Positions 39,802-49,120 of a stretch of 62,153 nt of DNA are shown one piece after another. The DNA is from an uncultured Bacillota bacterium (GTDB taxonomy: Bacteria > Bacillota > Clostridia > Christensenellales > UBA1242). A model generated the notes under the pieces. It did not search any database, was not told the DNA's origin, and saw nothing but the letters and a program-made list of their open reading frames with translations. Location: contig CASEOW010000022.1 in NCBI GenBank assembly GCA_949289785.1, forward strand, positions 1-62,153, given 5' to 3'. Both the position numbers and the translations under genes were made by a program. Within the stretch, counting starts at the first letter, position 1. Each line of letters starts with the position of its first letter.

Positions 39802-41613
39802 ATGAAAACTGATAGAGAATTAAAAGATTTATGGATAAAATTTTTTACAAAACATGGTTTTAAAAGAGTGCCTGGTTATTCTGTTATTCCAGAAAATGAC
39901 CCAACTGTTCTTTTTACAACAGCAGGTATGCATCCGCTTGTTCCTTATCTACTTGGAGAACCACATCCTTATGGAGATAAAATATTTGATGTTCAAAGAT
40001 GTATAAGAACAAACGATATCGACGAAGTAGGTGATGATAGTCATTTAACTCTTTTTGAAATGCTTGGCAACTGGACACTTGGCAAGTGTGATAAAAAGGA
40101 AATGATTAAATTAAGTTTCGAATTTTTAACAAGTCCAGAATATCTTGGAATTCCAAAAGATAAATTAGCTGTAACAGTTTTTGCAGGAGATGATATAGCA
40201 CCTCGAGATGATGAGGCTTATGAGGCTTGGCGTGATTGTGGTATAGAAAAAATATATTTTACTCGTGAAAACAATTGGTGGGCACTTGCTGGTGGAGTTG
40301 GACCATGTGGCCCAGATACTGAAATGTTTTACGATACTGGAAAAGAACCTTGTGGAGAAAATTGTTCTCCTTTATGTGATTGCGGAAAATATTTGGAAAT
40401 TTGGAATGATGTATTCATGCAATATTATGTTGCTAATGTCGGTGAAAAAGCTAGTAAACTTTCAAGACCAAATATTGATACAGGAATGGGTTTAGAAAGA
40501 ACTGTAGCTGTTTTAAATGGTTCTAAGAGTGTTTATGATAATGGATGTTTAAAAAGGGTTATTGATTATATCGAAAGCAAAGCAGATGTAAAATACTTGC
40601 AAGATGAAAAATCTAAAAGAAGTTATAGAATAATTGCAGACCATTTACGCTCAGCAGTTTTTATTTTAGGTGATCAAAGAGGTGTTTGTCCTTCTAATGT
40701 TGGACAAGGTTATATATTAAGAAGATTTATCAGAAGAGCTGTAAATCATGCTAGAAATATTGGATTAGATAATAAATTTTTCTCTGATATCGTAGATATT
40801 TATGTAAATGAGTATGGTCAAGATTATTCTGATATTCAAGAAAAAAGAGATTTTGTTAAAGAAGAACTCGCAAAAGAAGTTTTAAAATTTTCTAAAGCTT
40901 TAGAAGAAGGTCATAAAGAATTTAATAAATTAATAAATGGGATAGAAAGACATAAACAATTTGCTAAAGAAGGCGAAATAGTTGAAAATAAACTTAGTGG
41001 AAAGGCTGTTTTTAGACTTTATGATACATTTGGTTTTCCTTTTGAATTAACAGAAGAATTAGCAAAAGAAAAAGGTTATAGCGTTGATAAGCAAGATTTT
41101 GAAGCAAGATTCAAAGAACATCAAGAAAAATCTCGCAGTGCAAGCCAAGGACAATTTAAAGGTGGATTAAGTGATACTTCTAATCAATCTGCAAAGCTTC
41201 ATACTGCAACTCACTTACTTCTTGCTGGTCTTCAACATTTTTATGGAAAACAAGTAGTTCAAAAAGGTTCAAATATAACCCCTGAAAGATTGCGTTTTGA
41301 TTTTAACCTTGACCATAAAATGTTGCCTGAAGAAATTAAAGCAGTTGAAGATTTCGTTAATGATGCTATACAAGCTAAAATTCCTGTTAAATGTGAAATA
41401 ATGTCTTTAGAAAAAGCTAAAGAATGTGGCGCACATGGAACATTTGAAAATAAGTATGGAAATGATGTTAAAGTTTACACAATAGGAAACGTGAGTAAAG
41501 AAATATGCGGTGGACCTCACGCTCAAAATACACAAGACCTTCATCATTTTAAAATTATTAAAGAGGAATCATCTTCTAGTAATATTAGAAGAATTAAAGC
41601 TATACTAGATTAA
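39802..41613 (+). CDS. alaS: Alanine--tRNA ligase, short (~603 aa) form lacking the C-Ala domain
   Basis: FTTAGM, RCIRTNDIDEVG, FEMLGNW, GPCGPDTEMFYD, EIWNDVFMQY and DTGMGLERT. Editing-site motifs HTATHLL and CGGPH lie near the C-terminus, and the protein ends about 30 aa after CGGPH. Confidence 0.85.
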   Translation: MKTDRELKDLWIKFFTKHGFKRVPGYSVIPENDPTVLFTTAGMHPLVPYLLGEPHPYGDKIFDVQRCIRTNDIDEVGDDSHLTLFEMLGNWTLGKCDKKEMIKLSFEFLTSPEYLGIPKDKLAVTVFAGDDIAPRDDEAYEAWRDCGIEKIYFTRENNWWALAGGVGPCGPDTEMFYDTGKEPCGENCSPLCDCGKYLEIWNDVFMQYYVANVGEKASKLSRPNIDTGMGLERTVAVLNGSKSVYDNGCLKRVIDYIESKADVKYLQDEKSKRSYRIIADHLRSAVFILGDQRGVCPSNVGQGYILRRFIRRAVNHARNIGLDNKFFSDIVDIYVNEYGQDYSDIQEKRDFVKEELAKEVLKFSKALEEGHKEFNKLINGIERHKQFAKEGEIVENKLSGKAVFRLYDTFGFPFELTEELAKEKGYSVDKQDFEARFKEHQEKSRSASQGQFKGGLSDTSNQSAKLHTATHLLLAGLQHFYGKQVVQKGSNITPERLRFDFNLDHKMLPEEIKAVEDFVNDAIQAKIPVKCEIMSLEKAKECGAHGTFENKYGNDVKVYTIGNVSKEICGGPHAQNTQDLHHFKIIKEESSSSNIRRIKAILD

Positions 41614-41686
41614 AAATATTTTTAATTTAAAATATTGTTTTTATTTATTAATTATGTTATAATCAAATCAATAAGGGGGAGTTTTA

Positions 41687-43132
41687 ATGGCTTCAAGTGG
41701 AAATAAAGTAAAAAAAGGATTTGCTTCTTATTTACTAATTTTATTTATATTAATAATTGCAGCATTTTTAGGATGCGTAGTTGCAATGTTGGTTTCTCCT
41801 TTTACAAATGTTTTAGGTATGCAATATTATTATTATAACTATAATAAAAATTTTGAAAAAACTGATGATAATAAGGATTGGGATATAAATACATTAAAGG
41901 AAATTAATATAAGTTCAAACACTGCTAATATTGATATAAAAAGAGATCCAAATGTAGACAAAATGATTATTAATTTTGTGAATAAATCAAAAGGTTTTGC
42001 TAAATCATCAGAGGATACAGATTTTAGCCACACAATAGAATTTGAAGATGAAGAACAAACTATTTTGAACATTTCTGTTGATGAACCATATGGCTTTTTA
42101 AATTTGGAAGATTATGTGTCTATTAATATATTGTTACCAGTAGTTAGTTCATATGATTTTAATAATGTAGAAATTAATGTTAATACTAAATATGGTAATG
42201 TTTACATTGGAAATAATGAAACATTAGTAACTGATTTGGGAAATTCAAAGTTTGATACTTCTATTAAAGACCTTAATATTACAATGCAAAAAGGAAATAT
42301 AAAGTTCTTTGAAAATAGTGAAAATACTTTTGAAAATTTAAATATTAATATTGATGATGGAAGAGTTATCAGTCAAAAAGAAATCAAATTTACAAATGAA
42401 TTAAATATATATTCTAATTGTGCAAGATTTGATTTGCAAGATATTACTTATGACTACGAAGAATTTAATGAACTTATGCATATAAATTTAAATTTAGAGG
42501 ACGCAATTTTTTATGTAGGTAAAATAGTTGGAAATACTAATTTAAATATGCAAGGTGGATATTTTATTGCTGATAGTATTAAAGGTTCTATCAATTCAAA
42601 TAGTGCTATTTCTCAAATGAAAGATGGAAAAATTGAGATAAATCTTGTAGATGGAAATGTTAGCTTGCCATATGCTAATAAATCAAATATTACAATTAAA
42701 GAAATGACTTTGGATAGTCAAGCTTATATTCATTCCACATCTGGTAAAATCACAATTGAAAAATTAAATGGTAAAGCATGGCTAGAAACAACAAGTGGTA
42801 ATGTTGATGTGCATACTTATAATGATGATATCGAAATCATAACTACTTCTGGTAAAATAAATTTAATATATGATTGTGATACAATTAATAATGGTGTAAT
42901 ATTAAAATCTAATTCTGGTAAAATTACTACTTTTGTTAAATCAAATTTGAGTTGCGTTATGAAATTTCACGATAAAGATGGAATTTATTATGATGACGAT
43001 AACGGACCAAGTAAAGTTAACTTGATTTTGCATGATATTGGATTTGCAAACCCAGCTATTATCAATGATGGAACAGATGACAAATCTATGTTATTCTATT
43101 CAGATGGAAAAATTACTGTTGATTTAATATAA
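41687..43132 (+). CDS. Membrane-anchored DUF4097-like beta-strand-repeat (putative adhesin) protein
   Basis: An N-terminal TM helix. The C-terminal repeats are TSGKITIEKLNG / TSGNVDVHTY / TSGKINLIY / NSGKITTFV. GGGGGAG RBS upstream. Confidence 0.6.
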   Translation: MASSGNKVKKGFASYLLILFILIIAAFLGCVVAMLVSPFTNVLGMQYYYYNYNKNFEKTDDNKDWDINTLKEINISSNTANIDIKRDPNVDKMIINFVNKSKGFAKSSEDTDFSHTIEFEDEEQTILNISVDEPYGFLNLEDYVSINILLPVVSSYDFNNVEINVNTKYGNVYIGNNETLVTDLGNSKFDTSIKDLNITMQKGNIKFFENSENTFENLNINIDDGRVISQKEIKFTNELNIYSNCARFDLQDITYDYEEFNELMHINLNLEDAIFYVGKIVGNTNLNMQGGYFIADSIKGSINSNSAISQMKDGKIEINLVDGNVSLPYANKSNITIKEMTLDSQAYIHSTSGKITIEKLNGKAWLETTSGNVDVHTYNDDIEIITTSGKINLIYDCDTINNGVILKSNSGKITTFVKSNLSCVMKFHDKDGIYYDDDNGPSKVNLILHDIGFANPAIINDGTDDKSMLFYSDGKITVDLI

Positions 43133-43322
43133 TTTTTCTAAAAATTTTAAATATTATTTTTCAGATTTTTGTTTATAAATTTAATTGATTTAAAAAGATA
43201 ATTATTATCAATTATATAAAAGCAAAAGTCTGATTTTTTTTATTAATTATTACTTTTGAAAAAATAAAAAATTGTTATTATATAAATTGAAAATTTGTTA
43301 TAATTATTTTAAGGAGATTTGA

Positions 43323-44363
43323 GTGAAAATTTTACATACTGCTGATATGCACATTGGAACAAAAAATAGTTCTTTACCATTAGATAGACAACAAAAGCTT
43401 CAACAAACGCAATTATTGCAAATTGGAGAATTATTTGACATAGCCATAAGAGAAAACTATGATTTAATTTTAATATGTGGCGATTTATTTCATAAAAAAA
43501 CAGTTCCTGCTAAGCTTGCAAATTTATTTTTTCACAATGTTGAAAAATTTTCTAAACCTGTATTATATATTAAAGGAAATCATGATGAAAAGTTTGAATT
43601 TGTTTCTTATCCATCAAACTTTATTATTTTAGATGAAAATAATCCATATTTAAAAATTGGTGATGTTAATTTTTATAGCAATAAAATTAATTTAACAAAA
43701 TTAGAAAAAAGTTTTAACAATAATGAAACCAATATCCTTGTTGGTCACGGAGATATATATAATTCCAAGGACAATGATTATATAGATTTAAGTAGTATTT
43801 TGTCTTTAGAAAATTTTGATTATGTAGCTTTAGGTCATATACACAAATTTAGCAAGGAAATTTTTCACAACAATTTAGTTGTATATAGTGGAAGTTTGTT
43901 TTCAAATGGATTTGATGAGTGTGGAGATAAAGGATTTGTAGAAGTAAATATAAATGATAAAAATACAGATATAAAATTTCATAATTTTGCAAAAATTAAA
44001 TTTTTTGTAAAACAAGTTGATATAACAAATAAAAATGATTTTGAAAGTATTGTTTTAGAAATAGAAAAGGCTTTGGTAGATATTAATAAAGATGATTTTG
44101 TTAAAATAGAACTTGTAGGGTATTTTGACCAAAATACTGAAAAATATCTATCGTTAATTAAAGATAAATTTAGTGATTATTACATTGATATAATAGATAA
44201 TTCAAGAATTAAGATAAATTTCGATGAAATTTATAGTGAAAAACTTTCATTTAAAGCAGAATTTCTTTCTTTAGTTTCAAATTGTGAAGAAGATGAAGAT
44301 ATTAAATCTAAAATTTGTCAAATTGGAATTGAAGCTTTAAAAGGAGAAAATTTGTCATTATGA
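43323..44363 (+). CDS. SbcD/Mre11-family metallophosphoesterase (YhaO-like)
   Basis: GTG start with an AAGGAG RBS. Phosphoesterase motifs are DMHIG, GDLFH, GNHDE, GHGD and GHIH. Confidence 0.75.
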   Translation: MKILHTADMHIGTKNSSLPLDRQQKLQQTQLLQIGELFDIAIRENYDLILICGDLFHKKTVPAKLANLFFHNVEKFSKPVLYIKGNHDEKFEFVSYPSNFIILDENNPYLKIGDVNFYSNKINLTKLEKSFNNNETNILVGHGDIYNSKDNDYIDLSSILSLENFDYVALGHIHKFSKEIFHNNLVVYSGSLFSNGFDECGDKGFVEVNINDKNTDIKFHNFAKIKFFVKQVDITNKNDFESIVLEIEKALVDINKDDFVKIELVGYFDQNTEKYLSLIKDKFSDYYIDIIDNSRIKINFDEIYSEKLSFKAEFLSLVSNCEEDEDIKSKICQIGIEALKGENLSL

Positions 44364-46066
44364 AAATACTTCAACTGCACATTGAGAATTTTGGTAAACT
44401 CAGAAATATAGATTTAAATTTTAATGATGGTTTTAATCAAATTTATAAAGAAAATGGTTGGGGAAAATCTACATTAATCTTTTTTATAAAAGCTATGTTT
44501 TATGGAATGAGTGCTAAAACTAGAGGAGAGGAATATAAAAGCGAAAGAACAAGATTTATGCCATGGCAAGGTGGTTTGTATGGAGGAAATCTAACTTTTG
44601 AAAGTAATAATAAGATTTATAAAGTTACAAGAATATTTGATAAAACGCCAGAAGGGGATAAGTTTGAACTTTTGGATAAATCAACTAATGAAATTGATTG
44701 TAATGAAATTAAACCTTTAGGAGAAAGCTTATTTGGGGTTGGAGTGGAATCTTTTTCAATGAGTGCTCTATTTTCTCAGTTAAATTTTAAAAGCAAATTA
44801 AACGATTCTATGTCCGCAAGTCTTGTTGGTCTTGATAAATATCAAGATGATTTAGATAAAGTAGAAAGGGCTATTAAAATATTAAAAGATAGAAAATTAA
44901 AATTAAAAAAAGAGATTGTGGGCAAAGATGAAATAAATAATAAAAAATATATATTAAATGAAGATAAATCTCAAATTTTATATATTAATAGAGAAATTGA
45001 CAATTTAAAAAAAGATTTATTAAAATATGAGGAAGAAAATAAAGTTTTAAAAATTCAACAAAACGATGAAAAAGAAAAATTGTCTAATCAAGAGTTAAAA
45101 TATCAAGAAAAAGTTAACATTGAAAGTAAAATTAACGAATTACATAAGCAAATAGAAGAGGAAAGTAAAGATAAGTCAGAAAATCTTAAAAAAACAAATA
45201 CTAAAAGTAAAACTATGATAAATTTTGGCTTAATCCTATTAGCTTTAATTTTTATTTCTTTTATAATTGTTTCAATATTAAATTTGTTAAATGTATTTTT
45301 ATGTATTTCATTAATAATAGCATCATTTGTAACTTTTATTATTTTACTATATATAAAATTAAAAAAAAGAAATAAAAACAAAGAAAATAATAATCAAGAT
45401 AAAATAATAATTCTTAATTCTCAACTTCAACAAAATCAAGCTTTGGCTGAAACTTTAAAAAATGCGATTTACCCCGATAGAAAAAATTTAGAAATTTTGA
45501 ATAGCAAACAAGTTGCTTGTGAAATAGAAATTGTAAAATTAAACCATTTCATAAAAGAAAAAGAGAAACAAATATTAGAAATTGAGGAAAATTGTGATAT
45601 ATCAGAAAACTTTATAGCTAATGTTTTGAATAAAAATTCTCAAATAGAAAATAAAATAAAACTTTTAGATAAAACAATATTATATTTAACAAAAGCTAAA
45701 GAAAATGTATCTTCAAGATTTGTTGGTGAAATAAACCAAGATTTATCTAGTCTTTTAAGTATTTTTAATATAGATAAAGATAAATATGTAGTTGATAATT
45801 ATTGGAATGTTTTAGAACAATCAGCAATAGGAATGAAGAGCTTTGAATTTTCTTCTCAGGGTTATAAAGATATTTTGTCATTTTGTCAACGCATAGTTTT
45901 AATAAAAAAGATTTATCAAAAAGAAAAGCCTTTTTTATTGTTAGATGATATATTTGTTAATTTAGATGATGAAATGTTAACTTTTGCTAAAAAACTTTTA
46001 TTAGATATTGCAAAAAATTATCAAATAATTTATATTTGTTGCAATGATAGATGTAAAATAATTTAA
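44360..46066 (+). CDS. SbcC/Rad50-family ABC ATPase (YhaN-like) with a central transmembrane hairpin
   Basis: ATGA overlap with the upstream gene. Walker A NGWGKST, a coiled-coil-like K/E-rich region, a signature-like SSQGYKD, and Walker B FLLLDDIF. Confidence 0.7.
   Translation: MKILQLHIENFGKLRNIDLNFNDGFNQIYKENGWGKSTLIFFIKAMFYGMSAKTRGEEYKSERTRFMPWQGGLYGGNLTFESNNKIYKVTRIFDKTPEGDKFELLDKSTNEIDCNEIKPLGESLFGVGVESFSMSALFSQLNFKSKLNDSMSASLVGLDKYQDDLDKVERAIKILKDRKLKLKKEIVGKDEINNKKYILNEDKSQILYINREIDNLKKDLLKYEEENKVLKIQQNDEKEKLSNQELKYQEKVNIESKINELHKQIEEESKDKSENLKKTNTKSKTMINFGLILLALIFISFIIVSILNLLNVFLCISLIIASFVTFIILLYIKLKKRNKNKENNNQDKIIILNSQLQQNQALAETLKNAIYPDRKNLEILNSKQVACEIEIVKLNHFIKEKEKQILEIEENCDISENFIANVLNKNSQIENKIKLLDKTILYLTKAKENVSSRFVGEINQDLSSLLSIFNIDKDKYVVDNYWNVLEQSAIGMKSFEFSSQGYKDILSFCQRIVLIKKIYQKEKPFLLLDDIFVNLDDEMLTFAKKLLLDIAKNYQIIYICCNDRCKII
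45215..45361 (+). other. Two hydrophobic helices in the middle of the YhaN-like coiled coil
   Basis: MINFGLILLALIFISFIIVSILNLLNVFLCISLIIASFVTFIILLYIKL, followed by KKRNKNK. Confidence 0.7.
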
Positions 46067-46101
46067 AAGATAAATTATGATTTTATAAACTATTTAAATT
46101 T

Positions 46102-46134
46102 AAAAAATATCCCTAGTTTGTGGGATATTTTTTT
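46102..46134 (+). terminator. Intrinsic terminator after the yhaN-like gene
   Basis: AAATATCCC pairs with GGGATATTT, followed by a T-run. Confidence 0.75.
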
Positions 46135-46180
46135 AAAATAAAATTAAACTTAAAAAAAATAAAAAAGTATAAAAAAACAG

Positions 46181-46209
46181 TTGATTTTTTTTTAGAAATT
46201 TGCTATATT
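46181..46209 (+). promoter_or_regulatory. tRNA cluster promoter TTGATT-17-TGcTATATT
   Basis: -35 at 46181-46186 and -10 at 46204-46209, 48 nt before tRNA-Gly. Confidence 0.55.
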
Positions 46210-46256
46210 AATAGAGCAAACCTAAACTTACTGCATATAATTAAATATAAACTCTT

Positions 46257-46331
46257 GCGGGAGTGGCTCAGTGGTAGAGCGTTGCCTTGCCAAGGCAAAT
46301 GTCGCGGGTTCGAATCCCGTCTTCCGCTCCA
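46257..46331 (+). tRNA. tRNA-Gly (anticodon GCC)
   Basis: GCGGGAGTGGCTCAGTGGTAGAGCGTTGCCTTGCCAAGGCAAATGTCGCGGGTTCGAATCCCGTCTTCCGCTCCA folds as a cloverleaf with an encoded CCA. Confidence 0.93.
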
Positions 46332-46335
46332 AATT

Positions 46336-46410
46336 GGTACCATCGCCAAGCGGTAAGGCCAAGGTCTGCAAAACCTTTATTCCCCGGTTCAAATCCGGGT
46401 GGTACCTCCA
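46336..46410 (+). tRNA. tRNA-Cys (anticodon GCA)
   Basis: GGTACCATCGCCAAGCGGTAAGGCCAAGGTCTGCAAAACCTT...GGTTCAAATCCGGGTGGTACCTCCA, with anticodon loop CTGCAAA. Confidence 0.9.
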
Positions 46411-46514
46411 TTTTTTATAAACTTAAAATATAACTATTATTATTCTATTAATGTTAAATAATCAAGTCATTATTTTATTAAAAATAATTTCAATTAAATG
46501 AGATTATTTAATAT

Positions 46515-46600
46515 GCTGGTGTGGCGGAATGGCAGACGCACAGGACTTAAAATCCTGAGTTGGCAACAACGTGTGGGTTCGACTCCCACCACCAGCACCA
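46515..46600 (+). tRNA. tRNA-Leu (anticodon TAA)
   Basis: GCTGGTGTGGCGGAATGGCAGACGCACAGGACTTAAAATCCTG, a long variable arm, then GTGGGTTCGACTCCCACCACCAGCACCA. Confidence 0.92.
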
Positions 46601-46602
46601 GT

Positions 46603-46648
46603 AAAAATCGTTATAATCTTTTATTATAAAGATTTATAGCGATTTTTT
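46603..46648 (+). terminator. Terminator after the tRNA cluster
   Basis: AAAATCGTTATAATCTT pairs imperfectly with AAGATTTATAGCGATTTT, followed by a T-run. Confidence 0.55.
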
Positions 46649-46856
46649 ATTTTTAATTTATTTATAGGAAAATATTTTTTTATTTACATTTAATTTAAAA
46701 TTTTAAAATAATTTAATTAAAATTCAATATAATAATTGATTATTTAAAATTTTATTTAAGTTAAAATTAACCTTAGTAGACATTATTCTTTTTGATTTTT
46801 AAAAGTAAATATTAACAATTTTAATTTTTTAGTATAATTTAACATAGAAAAATTAT

Positions 46857-46885
46857 TTGACATATAAAATAATTCATGGTAATAT
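46857..46885 (+). promoter_or_regulatory. nfeD operon promoter TTGACA-17-TAATAT
   Basis: -35 at 46857-46862 and -10 at 46880-46885. It overlaps the ORF-track start at 46876, which argues for the ATG at 46909 with its GAGGGGAG RBS. Confidence 0.6.
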
Positions 46886-46908
46886 ATCTTTATAGAGGGG
46901 AGATTTTT

Positions 46909-47460
46909 ATGGAAACAATGTTTTGGGTATGGCTCGCAATAATTGTAATAACTGTTGTGATTGAAATAGTAACTTTGGATTTAGTTTCTGTTTGGTTTGC
47001 TGTAGGTGCAGTTATTCCTTTTATTCTAGCTGGTATAGGAGGCATTAGAATTGAAATTCAAATTGCAATCTTTGTTATAGTTTCAGCTTTGCTAATTGCT
47101 TTTATAAGAAAATATGCACAAAAACTTTTATTTAAAAACATGAAAGATAAAACCAATATGGATATTTATATTGATAAGGAATTTAAACTTTTAGAAGGTT
47201 GCGATTTTGAGAATAATGGTTCAATTAAAATTAATGATGTAGTATGGACTGCTAAAAGTGAAAATGGGCAAAAAATAGAAAAAAATACAATTGTTAAAGT
47301 TGTAAAATTAGATGGAAATAAAGTAATTGTAAAACCAGTAATAGATTCTAACAAAAATAAAGAGGACTCTTTAAATAAAACACAAGATAATAATTTAAAC
47401 AATAATCAAATAAGTGAAATCACTCAAGAAGATAAGAGTGATGATACCGATAAAACTTAA
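46909..47460 (+). CDS. NfeD-family membrane protein
   Basis: N-terminal TM helices plus a C-terminal OB-like segment (GSIKINDVVWTAKSENGQKIEKNTIVKVVKLDGNKVIV). It lies directly upstream of an SPFH gene, the classic pairing. Confidence 0.75.
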   Translation: METMFWVWLAIIVITVVIEIVTLDLVSVWFAVGAVIPFILAGIGGIRIEIQIAIFVIVSALLIAFIRKYAQKLLFKNMKDKTNMDIYIDKEFKLLEGCDFENNGSIKINDVVWTAKSENGQKIEKNTIVKVVKLDGNKVIVKPVIDSNKNKEDSLNKTQDNNLNNNQISEITQEDKSDDTDKT

Positions 47461-47493
47461 TGATTATTATAGAATATAAATTAAGGAGATTTT

Positions 47494-48495
47494 ATGAGCG
47501 TTTGGGGAATTGTATTAATTGTTTTAGGTGTTTTACTTTTGATATGTCTTTGTATTTCTATAAGAATAGTAAGACAGGCAACTGCAGTTGTAGTAGAAAG
47601 ACTTGGAAAATATCGTAAAACTTTGGATGTAGGTGTGCATATTATTTTACCTTTCTTTGATAGAACTAGCAAACCTATATCTTTGAAAGAGACTGTGGCT
47701 GATTTTAAACCACAACCTGTAATAACAAAAGATAATGTTACAATGCAGATTGATACTGTAGTTTATTTTCAAATTACAGATGCCAAGTTGTTTACATATG
47801 GAGTTGATCATCCTATTAAAGCAATAGAAAATTTAACAGCAACAACATTAAGAAATATTGTTGGTGAACTTGAACTTGATGAAACACTAACTTCAAGAGA
47901 TACTGTAAATTCTAAAATGAGAATAATTCTTGATGAAGCAACAGATCCTTGGGGTATTAAAATAAACAGAGTAGAATTGAAAAATATTTTACCTCCAAAA
48001 GATATTCAAGATGCAATGGATAAACAAATGAAAGCTGAGCGTGAAAGACGAGAACTTATTTTGCGTGCAGAAGGTGAAAAGAAATCAAACATTTTAGTCG
48101 CAGAAGGTGAAAAAGAAGCAAAAATTTTGAGAGCTCAAGCTGAAAAAACCGCAAAAATATTAGCTGCTGAAGCACAAAAAGAATCTTTAATAGCAATTGC
48201 GGAAGGTGAAAGTAAAGCTATTGAACTTATTAATTCAGCAAGTCCCGACGCTGCTTATGTTACATTACAAGGTTTTGAAGCTTTAAAAGTTCTTGCTAAT
48301 GGAAATGCTACTAAAATTATAGTTCCTAGTGATATTCAAAATGTATCTGGACTTTTGACAAGTATGGCTGAAGTTGTTAAATCTGATAATATAAAAGAAA
48401 AAATAATAGTAAAACAAGAAAATGAATCAACTAATGAAATTGTTGATAAACTGAAAGACCAAAGTTTAATTAAAGATTCAGATGATGAAGAATAA
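47494..48495 (+). CDS. SPFH/Band 7 (stomatin-like) protein
   Basis: An N-terminal TM helix, IVRQATAVVVERLGKY, TKDNVTMQIDTVVYFQI, and the coiled AEGEK.A.IL.AEA repeat region. Confidence 0.9.
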   Translation: MSVWGIVLIVLGVLLLICLCISIRIVRQATAVVVERLGKYRKTLDVGVHIILPFFDRTSKPISLKETVADFKPQPVITKDNVTMQIDTVVYFQITDAKLFTYGVDHPIKAIENLTATTLRNIVGELELDETLTSRDTVNSKMRIILDEATDPWGIKINRVELKNILPPKDIQDAMDKQMKAERERRELILRAEGEKKSNILVAEGEKEAKILRAQAEKTAKILAAEAQKESLIAIAEGESKAIELINSASPDAAYVTLQGFEALKVLANGNATKIIVPSDIQNVSGLLTSMAEVVKSDNIKEKIIVKQENESTNEIVDKLKDQSLIKDSDDEE

Positions 48496-48508
48496 AAAGG
48501 GGGATAAT

Positions 48509-49006
48509 ATGAAAAATTTAAAATCTACTATAATGAATTCACTTAATATAGTATTTGCTATTCTTATGTATATTTTTATGTCTCAATCATATTTAGATTC
48601 TTTTTTAGTTTCTGTAAGTGGATATGATACATTAGGTGATGCTAAATTTTTTGAGGGAGATTCAACCGAAATAATGATTGCTCTTTCAAATTTATTAATT
48701 TTAATATTAATTTCTTTAATAGTTTTAATTTCAATGTACTCATTATTATGTAATTTTGGAGTTATAAAAAAATCTACTAAATTAGCTAATTTTTTAAATA
48801 TAATTTTAGGTATTGCAACTTTTGTGTTTGCTATGATTTCTCTTTTTTGTATGGTTGGTTATATAAATCAAAATGAAATTACAAAAAACACTTTAGATAT
48901 AGGTTGGGCTATTATTGTAAATATGGTTGTAGCTTTATTTTTGTTAGTTTCAACTATACTTGCATCTAAATTTTCTTCTAACTCAAAAGGAAAAAGAAAA
49001 AAATAA
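48509..49006 (+). CDS. Hypothetical 4-TM membrane protein, third gene of the NfeD-SPFH operon
   Basis: AGGGGGA RBS before the ATG at 48509. Four hydrophobic segments and a basic C-terminus. Confidence 0.5.
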   Translation: MKNLKSTIMNSLNIVFAILMYIFMSQSYLDSFLVSVSGYDTLGDAKFFEGDSTEIMIALSNLLILILISLIVLISMYSLLCNFGVIKKSTKLANFLNIILGIATFVFAMISLFCMVGYINQNEITKNTLDIGWAIIVNMVVALFLLVSTILASKFSSNSKGKRKK

Positions 49007-49062
49007 TTAATAATTCATTCTTTAATTTTAATTAAATTTTTGGTTTTAAAATTTATAAAAAA

Positions 49063-49095
49063 ATAAAATAGGTATATACCTATTTTATTTTTTTA
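49063..49095. terminator. Bidirectional terminator (perfect palindrome)
   Basis: AAAATAGGTATATACCTATTTT, flanked by A- and T-runs. Confidence 0.8.
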
Positions 49096-49120
49096 TTTAA
49101 GTCTTTTTAATATAAAAATA

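Noticed and set aside
46120-46356. 78-aa ORF from the six-frame track
   Set aside because: It runs through the tRNA promoter and across tRNA-Gly and into tRNA-Cys. It has no RBS and is an artefact.
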